This document shows, piece by piece, positions 36,534-49,400 of a stretch of 64,000 nt of DNA. The first letter of the stretch is position 1, and the number at the start of each line of letters is the position of its first letter. The DNA is taken from the NCBI RefSeq assembly GCF_018977255.1, contig NW_024704990.1, positions 1-64,000 on the forward strand, written 5' to 3'. Made by a program: the position numbers and the translations under genes. Source of the DNA: Callorhinchus milii (taxonomy: Eukaryota). Below the pieces are notes generated by a model that was not told the origin of the DNA, made no database searches, and was given only the letters and a program-made list of their open reading frames with translations.

Positions 36534-38473
36534 ATGCATCGACAGGCATTCATCCTTCCAATAACTTACATTTATTATCCCATCCTCGCAGCCCTTTAGG
36601 GACCCAGTAAGTGCTAAGAATCAAGAAACATTGAGCAAAACATGTAGCGGTTCTGATAACATAACATTTATGTTATGTAATCGGTCAATGTAGCATCTCC
36701 ACCACACTGCAGTGGAACGACATGCTTGGAAACCATAACCCTCTGACTCAGAGGCCAACAGAGCAGATACATAATGCTGCAGGACACGCTCCCGTGCTGA
36801 GAACTGGAGCAGGTGATGCAGAGACGGTGTGAGGGAGAGATTGAGGGGTAATATAGTGAAGTTTCCTGCAACCACATCGAATTCACCGTCGTCTTGCCAG
36901 GTTGGTGGCAGCCTGGCTCAACTGGTAGCAATCTCACATATATTTCAGAAAGGTGAGATCCAAGCCCCACATCACGACTGTGAACATAATGGTCGACACG
37001 ACATGAAGCAGTTCATGGTCTACTCTGCTAGGCGAGCTCCTAACCACGAGACAGTAAACTACCCCCCAAAAGGATTTGATAAGGTTAGCATCAATAATCT
37101 GTTCACACAAAATGGGGAGTGCGTAACCAGGAGAAAAAAAGAATAGTAAATTGACTTCAAAGGGAATTTATGAAGAATTACTTCACTAGTGAGAATGCCG
37201 ATCTCACTGCCATAAGTGGAGATTGAACAAAATGCAAGATAGAGAGGTGAGGGAGAGTGGAATATATGGGTATGTAGAAAAGTGAACGAAGAGTCGGGAA
37301 GGGGACTAATGTGGAATATAAACAATGACAAAGAAAGGTTTATTCGAGTATCCTGTTTCTGTGCTTGCAGTCTTTTATAAGTCTATGTGAAGAACCTGTG
37401 AAAGAAATTGTCTTTTCATCCCAGTCCAGCCTGTCCTGATTGTGGAGTGAAATGCAGCAAATTTCTAATTCCTTTGGTTTGCTCCCAATTATCAATATAC
37501 CTGGTTTCTAAAGATTAAAGTGGCAATTGCTAAACCTGTATTCTCTCTTTCTCTTGCAGCAAACCTAGTGGCCATCGTGATTCTGTACAGAGGAAAGTGC
37601 GTTCTCTCCAAATGCGTCACTCGCTACCTGGTGGCCATGGCAGCGGCGGATCTGATGGTGGTGATATTTGATGTGATATGTTACCACACTGAATACATTT
37701 ACTTTGCCACCACGGAGGTGAATATCACCCCGGTTTGCCGTGTCAATGTACTTCTATTTAAGGCCTCCACAGATTGCTCTGTGTGGTTCACAGTTGCGTT
37801 TACCTTCGATCGCTTCATAGCCATTTGTTGGCAAAAGCTGCAAACCATATTTTGTACTGAAGAAACCGCGGTCAAGGTGATCGGCACATTATTTATCATA
37901 AACTGTTTGAGGAGCATTGGTGATTATTTTATATTTGGTCCTCGCTACGTTATTAACAACGTCTCATGGGGCTGTGTCCACACTGAGAGCTTTAACTTGT
38001 TGCTAGGATGGAAAATCTATGCCTACTTTATATACATTTGGAATCCTTTGCTCCCATTCCTGTTGATTCTGCCCTTGAATGCGTTGACTGTCAGACACAT
38101 ACTGGTGAGCAGCAAAGTCCGTGCAAAACTCCTGTCGGGCAATTTTGCAGCGAAACGGAAGGATCCGGAGATGGAGTGTCGCAGGAAGTCCATTATTTTA
38201 CTCTTCGCTGTTTCAGGCAGTTTTATCCTCCTCTGGATGACTTACGTGGTCAATGGTATATACGGCCGAATCACGGCAAACTACTATTACACAGGTCTCG
38301 ACGATCCGCTGTTCATCAGACAAGAAGTGGGGATTATGCTCCAGCTTTTCAGCTGTGGCACAAACACGTGTATTTATGCGGTGAGCCAGAGGAAGTTCAG
38401 AGAGGAGCTCAGAAATGGTGTGCTCTTTCCATTCGCTCAATTTCTAAAACTAAAAGCCAGGGTGATGCATTGA
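36534..38473 (+). pseudogene. GPR139/GPR142-like GPCR: exon 1 (36534-36606) has an in-frame TAG, exon 2 (37560-38473) is fully open
   Basis: Exon 1 MHRQAFILPITYIYYPILAAL*GP|gtaagt. Exon 2 NLVAIVILYRGKC...AAADL...TFDRFIAICWQK...DPEMECRRKSIILLF...TNTCIYAVSQRKFREEL...RVMH*. Confidence 0.85.
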
Positions 38474-38819
38474 ATGAAATCTGTTACGGTTTTCCAATTA
38501 CTTTCTTTGGTCAGTTAGCCACGATTGTGATCCGCTAGTTTCTGCGCTGTGCTGTGAGGAGAAAGATGATAATAATTCTAATCATCCTTGCATTTAATGT
38601 CGTGCCTTATCACGACTCCGAGAAAATGCAAATCGCTTTCCAGAATATACGGTAATGTGCACTGACGATATATTTTGTGGGCGAAACGCAGGAGCCTATT
38701 GTACACAGTCGTGAATTGTTTCACAAACTATTATATTGTCTTTTTCTTATGGAGGGATTGTTATCCCCAAAAATATGATCTGCCAGTCTATCAAGCGATT
38801 TCCTGCTTTCTGATGGGGA

Positions 38820-38905
38820 AATAGCGGTGTGTGGAGTAAGGAAACTTGCCTTGGGCATAATCCAGTCTGGGAATTGAACTCAGGTAACCTCGCTTTTGAG
38901 GCCAG
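38820..38905 (-). mobile_element. SINE fragment
   Basis: GTGTGGAGTAAGGAAACTTGCC...GGGAATTGAACTCAGG is the reverse complement of the SINE head and body. Confidence 0.65.
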
Positions 38906-39198
38906 TGTTTGAAACATTCTCCATCACCTGCAAATCTCAGTTCTGTGATGTGCGTGGAAGCTTCCCAGCCATGTGTAGCACAATTTGGCCACATAATATT
39001 GGCCGAGTTACGAGACAATTGAATAAATAATAATGTTGATCTGTAAATCGGAGTTTTTTTCTGCAATATTTTTNGGGAGGACAGTCTGTGGGGAAAATGG
39101 TGATGTTAGAACATGCACAATTCCATTTCCATACATAAGCGTCTCCAATCCAGAATTAGAATTTTGATACCTACGAATCGTCAAAAAGCGGTTCGCAG

Positions 39199-39886
39199 AA
39201 CAACAACAACAACAACAAGATTCCATTTATAAAGCGCCTTTCACGTCAGGAGGACGTCACAAGGCGCTGCACAGTTGGGTCATGACCCGAGCAGGGGGGA
39301 AATGGTCAGGGTGAAGGGAGGGAAGGGAGGGAGCGAGGAGGGGGAAGAGAGTCGAGAGGGGAGCTGAAGGCACGGTCAAAGAGAAAAGTTTTGAGACCGG
39401 CCTTGAAGGAGAAAAGGGAGGAAGCAAGGCGAAGGCATTGGGGGATGGAGTTCCAGAGCCTGGGGGCTGAGAGGTTGAAGGCCAGACCACCGATGGTAGG
39501 GCGGTTGGGGGACGTGGAGCAGACCAGAGCCAGAGGAACGGAGGGTACGGGCAGGTAGGTAGGGGGATAGTAGGTAGGAGAGGTAGGAGGGAGCAAAGAC
39601 GTGAAAGGCCTCGTAGGTGAGGATGAGGATCTTGAAATCAATCCTCTGGGGGATGGGGAGCAAGTGGAGGCGAGCGAGGGTGGGAGTGATGTGGTCCCGA
39701 AGCCTGGTGCGGGACAGTACACGAGCTGCAGAGTTCTGAATGACCTGCAGCTTGTGGAGGGAGGTGGTGGGAAGGCCGGCGAGGAGAGAGTTCCCATAGT
39801 CCAGCCTTGAGGTGACAAAGGCGTGAACCAGGGTTTCAGCAGCGTGAGGGGTGAGGTAGTGCCGTAATCTGGCGATAATCCGGAGG
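39199..39886 (-). mobile_element. 5'-truncated L2 LINE, 3' end
   Basis: (AAC)n tail, stem-loop and L2 C-terminal coding sequence, nearly identical to the other young copies. Confidence 0.92.
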
Positions 39887-40571
39887 CGTCTCTGTACTGA
39901 CCCTGTGTGTGGGACAGAATCGACAAGAACTATTGCCGTCTAACTTGACACAGCACAGCAGTGATGGGATTCTGCTGCATTGCTGGAACTGATGGCTATC
40001 TGTTTGAAATGTTAAACAGCGGTTAAATTTCCTTGTTTCAGTGAACATTATAACTCACGTGGCACTACTGGTAAATGGAAGAGATTGTCTTCCAACAAAA
40101 CTATCGAGATGAATTTGATAATTTGATTAATGCCGTTTTATTGAGGATTCTGTCGCCTCCAAAATTCACTGTAACTCCACTAAGTTAAATACGTTAGATG
40201 GAAACTAAACGGATCGGCCCGGTAACGGCAGGTGAAGGAACTCGCAGAGACAAGGGAGGTGATAACTTGAGAGTTGCTGATATGAAAGAGAAATTACTAC
40301 ATTTCAAAGAAAATCCTGTGAAGTTTTTGCAGACATTACTCCTAATTGAAAGTAGCTCTGACAAATAGTACTATTGTTATGTATTATTTTCGACCATTTT
40401 GATTGAGCAGAGCCGACATTTTGAGATGACGGGACAGCGTAAGTTGTCCTGAGAAAATCAGCAACAATAGCAACATTGCATTTTTATAGTGCCTTTCACG
40501 TCGGAAGGACGTTGGGCTATATTGGGGATGTGTGCTGAGTTATGCTGCGGTGTGAGAGCTGCGATACACTA
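39885..40571 (+). repeat. Circularly permuted copy (order X-Y) of 43071-43758
   Basis: X = 39885-40512 (GGCGTCTCTG...GGAAGGACGT); Y = 40513-40571 (TGGGCTAT...GATACACTA). Confidence 0.92.
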
Positions 40572-40786
40572 CCTGAAATAATCTCCTGAGCACCAGGTTA
40601 TTTCTGAGAATGATCAATTTGCAGTAACACTTATTTTGCCGCTTTGGATGTTGCTGTGATAACTGGGGTTATCATTCACTCTGGCTGCGGTTTTTGCATA
40701 AGTACGTGGCTGTATGCAGCATTGTGACATGTTATTGACAAGAACATTCACCTGGGCTTAAATAAAACTATTGGAAATCAAGCTAT

Positions 40787-40859
40787 GGCGCCGTGGCTTA
40801 GATGGCAAAGCGTCTGTCTAGTAAACAGGAGATCCTGGGTTCAAATTCCAGCGGTGCCT
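40787..40859 (+). tRNA. TRT-AGT: tRNA-Thr(AGT), possibly impaired
   Basis: GGCGCCGTGGCTTAGATGGCAAAGCGTCTGTCT-AGT-AAACAGGAGATCCTGGGTTCAAATTCCAGCGGTGCCT is close to vertebrate tRNA-Thr-AGT and folds as a cloverleaf. A T6 run lies at 40889-40894. C61 is changed to T. Confidence 0.85.
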
Positions 40860-41824
40860 TTGATGCCATTCATCCTGGAACATCACTGTTTTTTGGTGCT
40901 TGTTGCTTTGCGTTTCAATGTATGGTGAATTGGTGCAGAAGCAATCGCCAATTCTGTCGTGAACTCCGCAGCCCGATTACTGCCGCCTTTGCCAAACTCC
41001 AAAGACTCCTGTCATAGAGCGGATCCGACTCCAAGATCTTCACTCCATTGTTTAAATCCCTCGGTTCCTTAGCACCCTCTTCTTTCCCAAACCTCCTCTC
41101 TCCACATAGCACGACTCACTCCCTTCACTCTACTGTCTCTGACCTAATCATTGTCCTGACACTCTGCGCTCCACCATTGGAGCGGTGCCTTCAATCAGTA
41201 CGCCCCAAAGCTTTGAAACTCCCTCCCTCTAGCCCTTTGACTTAACGCCTCTTCCCCGTTTTCAGGTTGCGACTCAAGAGCTCCGTCTTCGACAATTCCT
41301 TTGGTCACATTTGCTCTGCCATTGTTGAGTGCATGGAAACAACGCCCGGAGTGGAGCGACCTATATGAATGCAAGTCGTTGTTGTCGGTAACAGATGTGA
41401 AGCTCGGAGACGAAATTTATGTATGTGAGCAACGAACAAGGAGGAATGGGGAAGGTGAGTGTCTTGGTGCGTTAAATATTGGAATATTTATCCGTTTGTT
41501 AGACTTAAATAATGGGCTTATCTTCCTGTGTTATTGTTAATAATAATTATTACGTTTGATATACTGCTGGATCACACCGTCAAGTCGTCTCAAGCTTCTT
41601 TAGGATATAAAGTCAAGTACTTTGACTAGGTATATGGTGGAAGAAATATTGCAAATACTGATTTTGTTTCTAAATATTCAAACCATCATTGAAATCTTTA
41701 TGAAGATCTGCTGCTTCGAAACAAGTGTTGGCGAGTAAACTACGAGATTTCATGACATACCTACATTGATATTTGCAACTATCTACTGAACAGGCCTAAC
41801 AGAAATTAACTCCGATGCTATGCA

Positions 41825-42135
41825 ATCCTATAGCTCAGTGGTTAGAGCTCTCGCTTTGCAATTGAGAGACCTGAGTTCAATTCCAGGCAAAGCGAAATCT
41901 GGGGAAAATTTCCTTATTCCACATGCCTGATACTAATCCCTCCAAAAAACAAAACAATAATAAATTGGTCATTTTCACTCTAAAACTGTTTGCGTGACAT
42001 TGCTCTGCACAATTAGCTGCGGCTTTCGCCCACAAATATACATTCCATTCAATGTACAGTATTTCTGTGAAGCGCTTTGGGACGTCTAGAAGACGTGAAA
42101 AGCGCTATATCAAAAGTAAGCATTAATATTATCAT
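41825..42135 (+). mobile_element. Full-length tRNA-derived SINE, diverged
   Basis: Head, core and 3' tail align to the 19682 and 61267 copies. Confidence 0.85.
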
Positions 42136-43070
42136 AACGGATCTGATTGTGAATTCCTCTTTCTACACCACTTCGATGTGCAAAACCGTCATTTTGCCCT
42201 AACAAACGGTGCTAACTCGCGTGCTGCGCTGCTTATAAGAACAAATGCTTGCATTTATCTAGCCGTCATAATTCAGCGTATAATCTAGGAATTGCACCCG
42301 AGGAAAAGAATGTGTAAAAACACATAAACACACACGCCTACACGGCAGGGACCGCACATATGTGTGGATAGGTCGGTGAGATGGGCAAAGTGAACTGTTT
42401 GTGTCTGCATGGGGAGTCATGGCATTTGAAGTTTATGCCTGCCCTCAAGGACCACCCTGACCTTTACCGATTTGCCTGCAGGGTTATAGGGAAAAAAAGA
42501 TTTTTTAAAGATAATTTTCTTGGATATGTAACACCGCGCTCAGGCACAAGGTGGTGGTGTAATACTGGGATCACACGGACGACTTACAGTGCACCGCCAT
42601 CTGCTGCATTTGTGCTCCTACTGCAGGCCTTCAAGAGAATGGACATGAGGCGTGTGTGAGAGTTATGTGTATGAGGGTTGTTCATGAGGAGTCATTGAGT
42701 GTCTGAGGGTGTTTATGTCTGAGTGTGTATGTGTGTGTGTGAGTGTTTCATTCAGTGTGGGGATAGGCCAATGGCGTAGGGGGTGCGGGAACATGTCCGG
42801 GTGCCAATTCTGTCCTGCGTTCGATAAGCAACAAATCGAGGAAGGGCAATGATAATACCAAACGGCACTCAATGATCAGAGAAACACGCTCGTTAATCCC
42901 ACACCTTTTGCTGTCCTGACACCATCAGGAATTGTCGTCAGCACAGTGTTTTACACAAGTCCAGGATATTGGTTAATGTAGTACAATTACTTACACTGGG
43001 GACATGAGCAAACTGTGTGCTACTTTCCACATTTTGGAGGCTGTGAGCTGGGCTCTGCTGGGGCAGCGGG

Positions 43071-43758
43071 TGGGCTATACTGGGGATGTGTGCTGAGTTA
43101 TGCTGCGGTGTGAGAGCTGCGATACACTAGGCGTCTCTGTACTGACCCTGTGTGTGAGACAGAATCGATCAGAACTATTGCCATCTAACTTGACACAGCA
43201 CAGCAGTGATGGGATTCTGCTGCATTGCTGGAACTGATGGCTATCTGTTTGAAATGTTAAACAGCGGTTAAATTTCCTTGTTTCAATAAAACATTATAAC
43301 TCACGTGGCACTACTGGAAAATGGAAGAGATTGTCTTCCAACGAAACTATCGAGATGAATTTGATAATTTGAATAATGCCGTTTTATTGAGGATTCTGTC
43401 GCCTCCAAAATTCACTGTAACTCCACTAAGTTAAATACGTCAGATGGAAACTAAACGGATCGGCCCGGTAACGGCAGGTGAAGGAAATCGCAGAGACAAG
43501 GGAGGTGATAACTTGAGAGTTGCTGATATGAAAGAGAAATTACTACATTTCAAAGAAAATCCTGTGAAGTTTTCGCAGACATTACTCCTAATTGAAAGTA
43601 GCTCTGACAAATAGTACTATTGTTATGTATTATTTTCGACCATTTTGATTGAGCAGACCCGACATTTCGAGATGACGGGACAGCGTAAGTTGTCCTGAGA
43701 ACATCAGCAACAATAGCAACATTGCATTTTTATAGTGCCTTTCACGTCGGAAGGACGT
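43071..43758 (+). repeat. Probable donor copy (order Y-X) of the 688-bp duplication
   Basis: Y = 43071-43129; X = 43130-43758. The X end continues naturally into an L2 tail (GGACGT|CCCAAGGCGC). Confidence 0.92.
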
Positions 43759-44040
43759 CCCAAGGCGCAGGACAGAGGAAGTTTCGGACGCGAGCTGAAG
43801 GTCGGGGTGGAGGATTGGAGAGGGCAGTGGGGGAAGCAGCGAGAACGAAAGCACGCTCGAACAGGTGGGTGTTGTGGTGGTCTTGAAGGAGGCGAGGGAG
43901 CCGGCGACACGGAGGGACTGCGGGATAGAGTTGCAGAGGGCGGACGCAGAGTGGCGGAAGGCCCGCCTGCCGACAGTTGCGCGAGCGAGCTGGAGGAGGT
44001 GAAGCAGGCCGGAGCCCGATGAGCGGAGGGAGCGAACAGG
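43705..44040 (-). mobile_element. L2-type 3' tail fragment of another subfamily
   Basis: GCCTTTCACGTCGGAAGGACGTCCCAAGGCGC is the stem-loop on the - strand, followed by purine-rich L2-like sequence. Confidence 0.6.
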
Positions 44041-44106
44041 GTGTTGGGGAATTAGGAGATCGGAGAGGTCGGAGGTAGCAAGATCATGGAAAAAAAATTA
44101 ACTGAC

Positions 44107-44660
44107 AGCTTGAACTGACCAGACAATCTGAGGTGACCAGCCAGTTTGAGATGACCAGACAGTGTGAGATGACCAGACAGTGTGAGATAACCAGATAGTT
44201 TGAGATGACCAGACAGTTTGAGATGACCAGACATTGTGAGATGACAAGGCAGTATGACATGACCAGACAGTGTGAGATGACCAGACAGTTTGAGATGACC
44301 AGACATGTGAGGTGACCAGGCAGTTTGAGATGACCAGACATGTGAGATGACCATACAGTGTGATATGACCAGACTGTTTGAGGTGACCAGACAGTGTGAG
44401 ATGACCAGACAGTGTGAGATGACCAGGCAGTTTGAGATGACCAAACAGTTTGAGATGACGAGACAGTTTGAGCTGGCCAGATAGTTTGAGATGATCAGAC
44501 AGTCTGAGATGACCAGACAGTTTCAGATGATCAGACAATTTGAGATGGCCAGACAGTATGAGATGATCAGACAGTGTGAGAAGACCAGATGGTGTGAGAT
44601 GACCAGACAGTGTGAGAAGACCAGACAGTGTGAGATGACCAGACAGTGTGAGATGACCAG
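44107..44660. repeat. 18-bp minisatellite, about 30 copies
   Basis: Unit GAGATGACCAGACAGT(G/T)T; flanked on the right by (GCTGTT)n. Confidence 0.92.
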
Positions 44661-46472
44661 TTGCTGTTGCAATTGTTGCTGCTGTTGTTGCTGTGGCAGG
44701 TGTGATGGGGAACACTGTATGAAAGCTCAGGCTGTGGCTGTGCAGTGTGAGGGCAGGAAGCCGATCACTGACTGACTGCACACAATCACAGCTGCTTCCT
44801 GACAATTGTGCTCTGAGTTTCCGCCCCATCTGAAGGCAGCCTGACTCCACCTGTGTGAAGGGTCTTTCCAGAGTTCGCTGAGAAAAAGACTTAAAAAATG
44901 TAAAAACAGTGACTTGTTTAGAATTTGCTGATAAACTCTTATTCACCGTTAACTGTTCCACAACATCTGCAAACGAACATTCCTTTTAATCACGCAGTGT
45001 TGAATTGCAAGTAACAAAAAGAAAACCAAACCAATATACAGTATAAATAGATTGATAACTTGAGATCGTTTGTAATAGTTGCTAAATGAAGGCAGACCCT
45101 CTTTTTTTTTATACGTAAGAATACAGCAGTTAATTCAGAAGATGTGTTGAAACCAGTTTAACTCTCCAGGAATGAAAATCCACATCACAAGCTGAGTGAA
45201 ACAGGCTGTTTTATCATACTCAGGATAATGATTCTGTTCATCCCTCTTTCATTACACCCGTGATATATATGTATAATATATAAACACAGTTCATTTTTCT
45301 GATACTTTGAAACTTCATGCCTTTTTAACAATGAGACTTTTTATAAATACACATTCTTTGGAATGAAAAGCCTTGGGAGGTCACATACACAGTAACTTTT
45401 GGACTTTGGGAAAAGGGAATAATTGATATTTTGTAAATCAGAGTATGAAGGTACATGGAGGCAAAACTGAGAAAAGGCGTTAGAGAGAATTACCACTGAA
45501 GCCAGTGCAGAATCCAGGAGCCTTGTCGATTCCTTACTTACAACGGGCAACAGTACCAGCTACTGAGCGGGATGCACTGTCAATAAAACTTAACACAGTT
45601 ATGTGAAAGAGATGTTTACATATAATCAAATGACCTTGTTCAATTGAACTAAATTGTTATTCTTTTCAAACGGTTGCTTTATTTGGCCGTCTACAAAACA
45701 TGTCAAATGTGACGATTTCTTCTTCGACCTATTGCCGAGAGACTGACGATCAGGATTGTCCTTACAGTCAGCAAATAAAAATGTCATCAAAGCAAGTTTC
45801 TTAAATTACAATTAACAATAAATAGATAAAAATTTAGGGAATTGGCTGCAATTTTTCGCCAACAAAATATAGAGTCACTACAATTTTCAGAATATTCTGT
45901 GTAACTTTTTGAGAAGTCTTGAAGATGCAACAAGGTGCGATATCAAATGCAAGGTTCTTATATTACCATGAATAATATTATGCTTCACGTTCCCTCAAAG
46001 CCGGAGTATTTTGCGAGTTAGCTGTCCATGGAATTCTTTTCTGCCCCACTGTTTATGAGCCGTTACAGTGAAACATATTTCTGTCGTGTGAGAATATCTG
46101 TTGTGCTTTGACAAGTTTGGTGTAAGATATTGGCACTTGTCTATCTATTAACGGAGAAAAGACTCAAGGCATTGTTATTTTTCTTTGAAGGGATTATTTT
46201 TCCAGGAAAAACTGTCCGTGAATCGACTTATATATTGCATCCTATTTAATGGTAGGTAAAGAGAGGCATATGCGTGGAGCGAACAAACTTGACGGATAGT
46301 TTGCTCTGCCCGGGAAACCAATTTAGGTCCCTCGCTTGTGAGGCAAATGCTCCAAACTGCTGAGCTACAGATATCCACAGCATTTGCGCTTTGATCTGAT
46401 CTAACGCTGAGACTTTTGTGCTGGCAGAGAATGCATGTGAGACTGGGTAATGCGCCAGAGGGAATGACAAAC

Positions 46473-49400
46473 CAACAACAACAACAACAACAAGATTCCA
46501 TTTATAAAGCGCCTTTCACGGCAGGAGGACGTCCCATGGCGCTGCACAGTTGGGTCATGACCCGAGCAGGGGGGAAATGGTCAGGGTGAGGGGAGGGAAG
46601 GGAGGGAGCGAGGAGGGGGGAAATGCTCAGGGTAAGGGGAGGGAAGGGAGGGAGCGAAGAGGGGGAAGAGAGTCGAGAGGGGAGCTGAAGGCTCGGTCAA
46701 AGAGAAAGGTTTTGAGACCGGCCTTGAAGGAGGAAAGGGAGGAAGCAAGGCGAAGGCACTGGGGGATAGAGTTCCAGAGCCTCGGGGCTGAGAGGCTGAA
46801 GGCCTGACCACCGATGGTAGGGCGGTTGGGCGGGGGACGTGGAGCAGACCGGAGCCAGAGGAACGGAGGGTACGGGCTGGTAGGTAGGGGGATAGTAGGT
46901 CGGAGAGGTAGGAGGGAGCAAGGCCGTGAATGGCCTTGTAGGTGAGGATGAGGATCTTGAAATCAATCCTCTGGGGGATGGTGAGCCAGTGGAGGCGAGC
47001 GAGGGTGGGAGTGGTGTGATCGCGAAGCCTGGTGCGGGACAGTACACGAGCTGCAGAGTTCTGAATGACCTGCAGCTTGTGGAGGGAGGTGGCGGGAAGG
47101 CCGGCGAGGAGAGAATTCCCATAGTCCAGCCTTGAGGTGACAAAGGCGTGGACCAGAGTTTCAGCAGCGTGAAGGGTGAGGTAATGCCGTAGTCTGGCGA
47201 TGTTCCGGAGGTGATGGAAGGCGGTGCCAGTTGTGGTGCTGATGTGAGGGAGAAAGGACAGCTCAGGGTCGAACAAAACGCCGAGGTTGCTGACTGGCTT
47301 TGCGAGGTGCAGAGTGCAGCCTTGGATGCTGATGTTGTCAGCGCCTGAGGTGCGGAGGCGCTGACGTGAGCCAATCAGGAGCGCCTCGGTTTTTCGCACG
47401 TTGAGCTGAAGAAAGTTGTCTCTCGTCCAGGACTCGATGTCGGACAGGCAGCCTGTCAGGACATCGGTGGTCGTGGAGTTGAGAGTAGAGGAGGAAAGGT
47501 AGAGTTGGGTGTCATCCGCATACATGTGGAAGTTAACTCCATGTCTGCCGATGATGTCACCAAGGGGGAGTATGTAGAGGGTGAAGAGGAGGGGACCGAG
47601 GACAGAGCCCTGAGGGACACCACATGAGACAGTGCGGGGGCTGGAGGAGAAGCCATTCGTTGAGACGAAATGAAGACGGTGAGAAAGGTACGACCTGAAC
47701 CATTCAAGGACAGTGCCTTGAAGGTTGAGGTGGGAGGACAAGCGGTGGAGTAGGATAGCGTGGTCGACCGTATCGAATGCTGCCGATAGGTCGAGGAGGA
47801 CGAGGAGACAGAGGGAGCCCTGGTCACAGATGGTCAGGATATCATTGGTGACCTTGACCAGGGCAGTTTCTGTGCTATGGGCAGCACGGAAACCTGACTG
47901 AAGGGGTTCGAAAAGAGAATGGGTGGAAAGGAAAGAGCGCAGTTGGGAGGCGACAACTCTTTCCAAGACCTTGGAGAGAAAGGGGAGGTTGGAGATGGGC
48001 CGGTAACTTGATAGCTGCGACGCATCAAGGGAGGGTTTTTTCAGGGTGGGCGTGATGATGGCAGTTTTTAATGGAATGGGGACAGAGCCAGAGGAGAGGG
48101 ACAGGTTGATGATGTCAGTGATATGTGGGGCAAGAAAGTGGAGCTGGGAGATAAGGAGTGGAGTGGGGATGGGGTCAAGGGAGCAGGTGGTTGGTTTTAG
48201 GGATTGGATGAGTTCAGTGAGAGAGGGTGGGGAAACGGGTACGAAGGTGTGTAGGGGAGGATGGGTAGGAGTCGGAGTGTGGGAGGGAAGGGGTGGGTGG
48301 TGGGTGGAAGTTGGAGGGGAAGTGACCGCGCAGCGGATTCCCTTGATCTTGGATTCAAGGAAATCCAGCATCTCCTCGCAGTGAAGGTTGGAGGAGATGA
48401 CCTGTGCGGGGTGGCGGGGGGGACGGAGGAGTCGGGTTGTGGTGGAAAACAGTAGCCTGGGGTTGTTCTTCGCCTCCAGGATTATCCTGGAGTAGAAGGA
48501 CGACTTGGCCGAGGCTAGAGTGGAGCGGTAAATTTTGAGGAGGTCCAGCCAGATTTGTCGGTGGACCGTTAGGCCAGATTTGACACAGGTGCGTTCAGCA
48601 GCCCGCACCTGGCTTTTCAGTGAGCGGAGGTGGGTGGTGTACCAGGGGGAGGAGCGGGAGTAGGAGACAGTCCGGGAAGTGATGGGGGCAAGAGTATCGA
48701 GTGTGGAGGAGAGGGTATTGTGTAGGAGGGAGGGAGGAGAAGAGGGGTCAGTAAGGGTTGAAGGCCAGAGGGAGAGGAGTTCAGAGGACTCCAAGGCATC
48801 GGTTAGGGATTGTGGGGGTAACTTCTTCCAAGGGCGGTAGAAGATGGTGGTGGGTCTGGTGGAGGAGGGGAGGGGGGTGGAGGTGGTGAAGGAGATGAAG
48901 TGGTGGTCAGAGATGGCCTTGTCGGTAATAGTGACATCCGAGACACTGAGGCCCCGGGTGATCACCAAATCGAGTGGGTGGCCGTGACTGTGAGTGGGGG
49001 AGTTGATGTGTAAGGAGAGGTTGAGTGAGGAGAGCAGGGAAGAGAAGTCTGTGGAGATGGAGCAGGAGGGGGTGAAGTGTAGGTTAAAGTCGCCCAGGAT
49101 GATGAGGCGATCGGAGCAGAGGCAAAGAGATGTGAGGAGTGTTGAAATGTCAGAGATGAAGGTGGGAGAGGTTTTAGGGGGCCGGTAGAGGAGGAGGATT
49201 TTAAGGGAGAGGAATGAGGGGTGGGAGAGGGTGAGGTGCTCAAAGGAGGGGAAAGAGCCAGTGGAGTAGGGGGATAGGGCAAGTGGTGTCCTTGAGAAAA
49301 GGGCAACACCACCGGCACGGCGGTTGGGGCGGGGGATGTGGTGGGAGGTGTAGCCGGGTGGCGTGGCCTCCGTGAGGGGGAAGGTGTCGCCTGGGGTGAG

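Noticed and set aside
1275-44660. Tandem arrays (55, 60, 21 and 18 bp) as CRISPR arrays
   Set aside because: No unique spacers, no cas genes, and vertebrate context.
44052-44961. (HLTLSG)n and related ORFs
   Set aside because: Translations of the 18-bp minisatellite.
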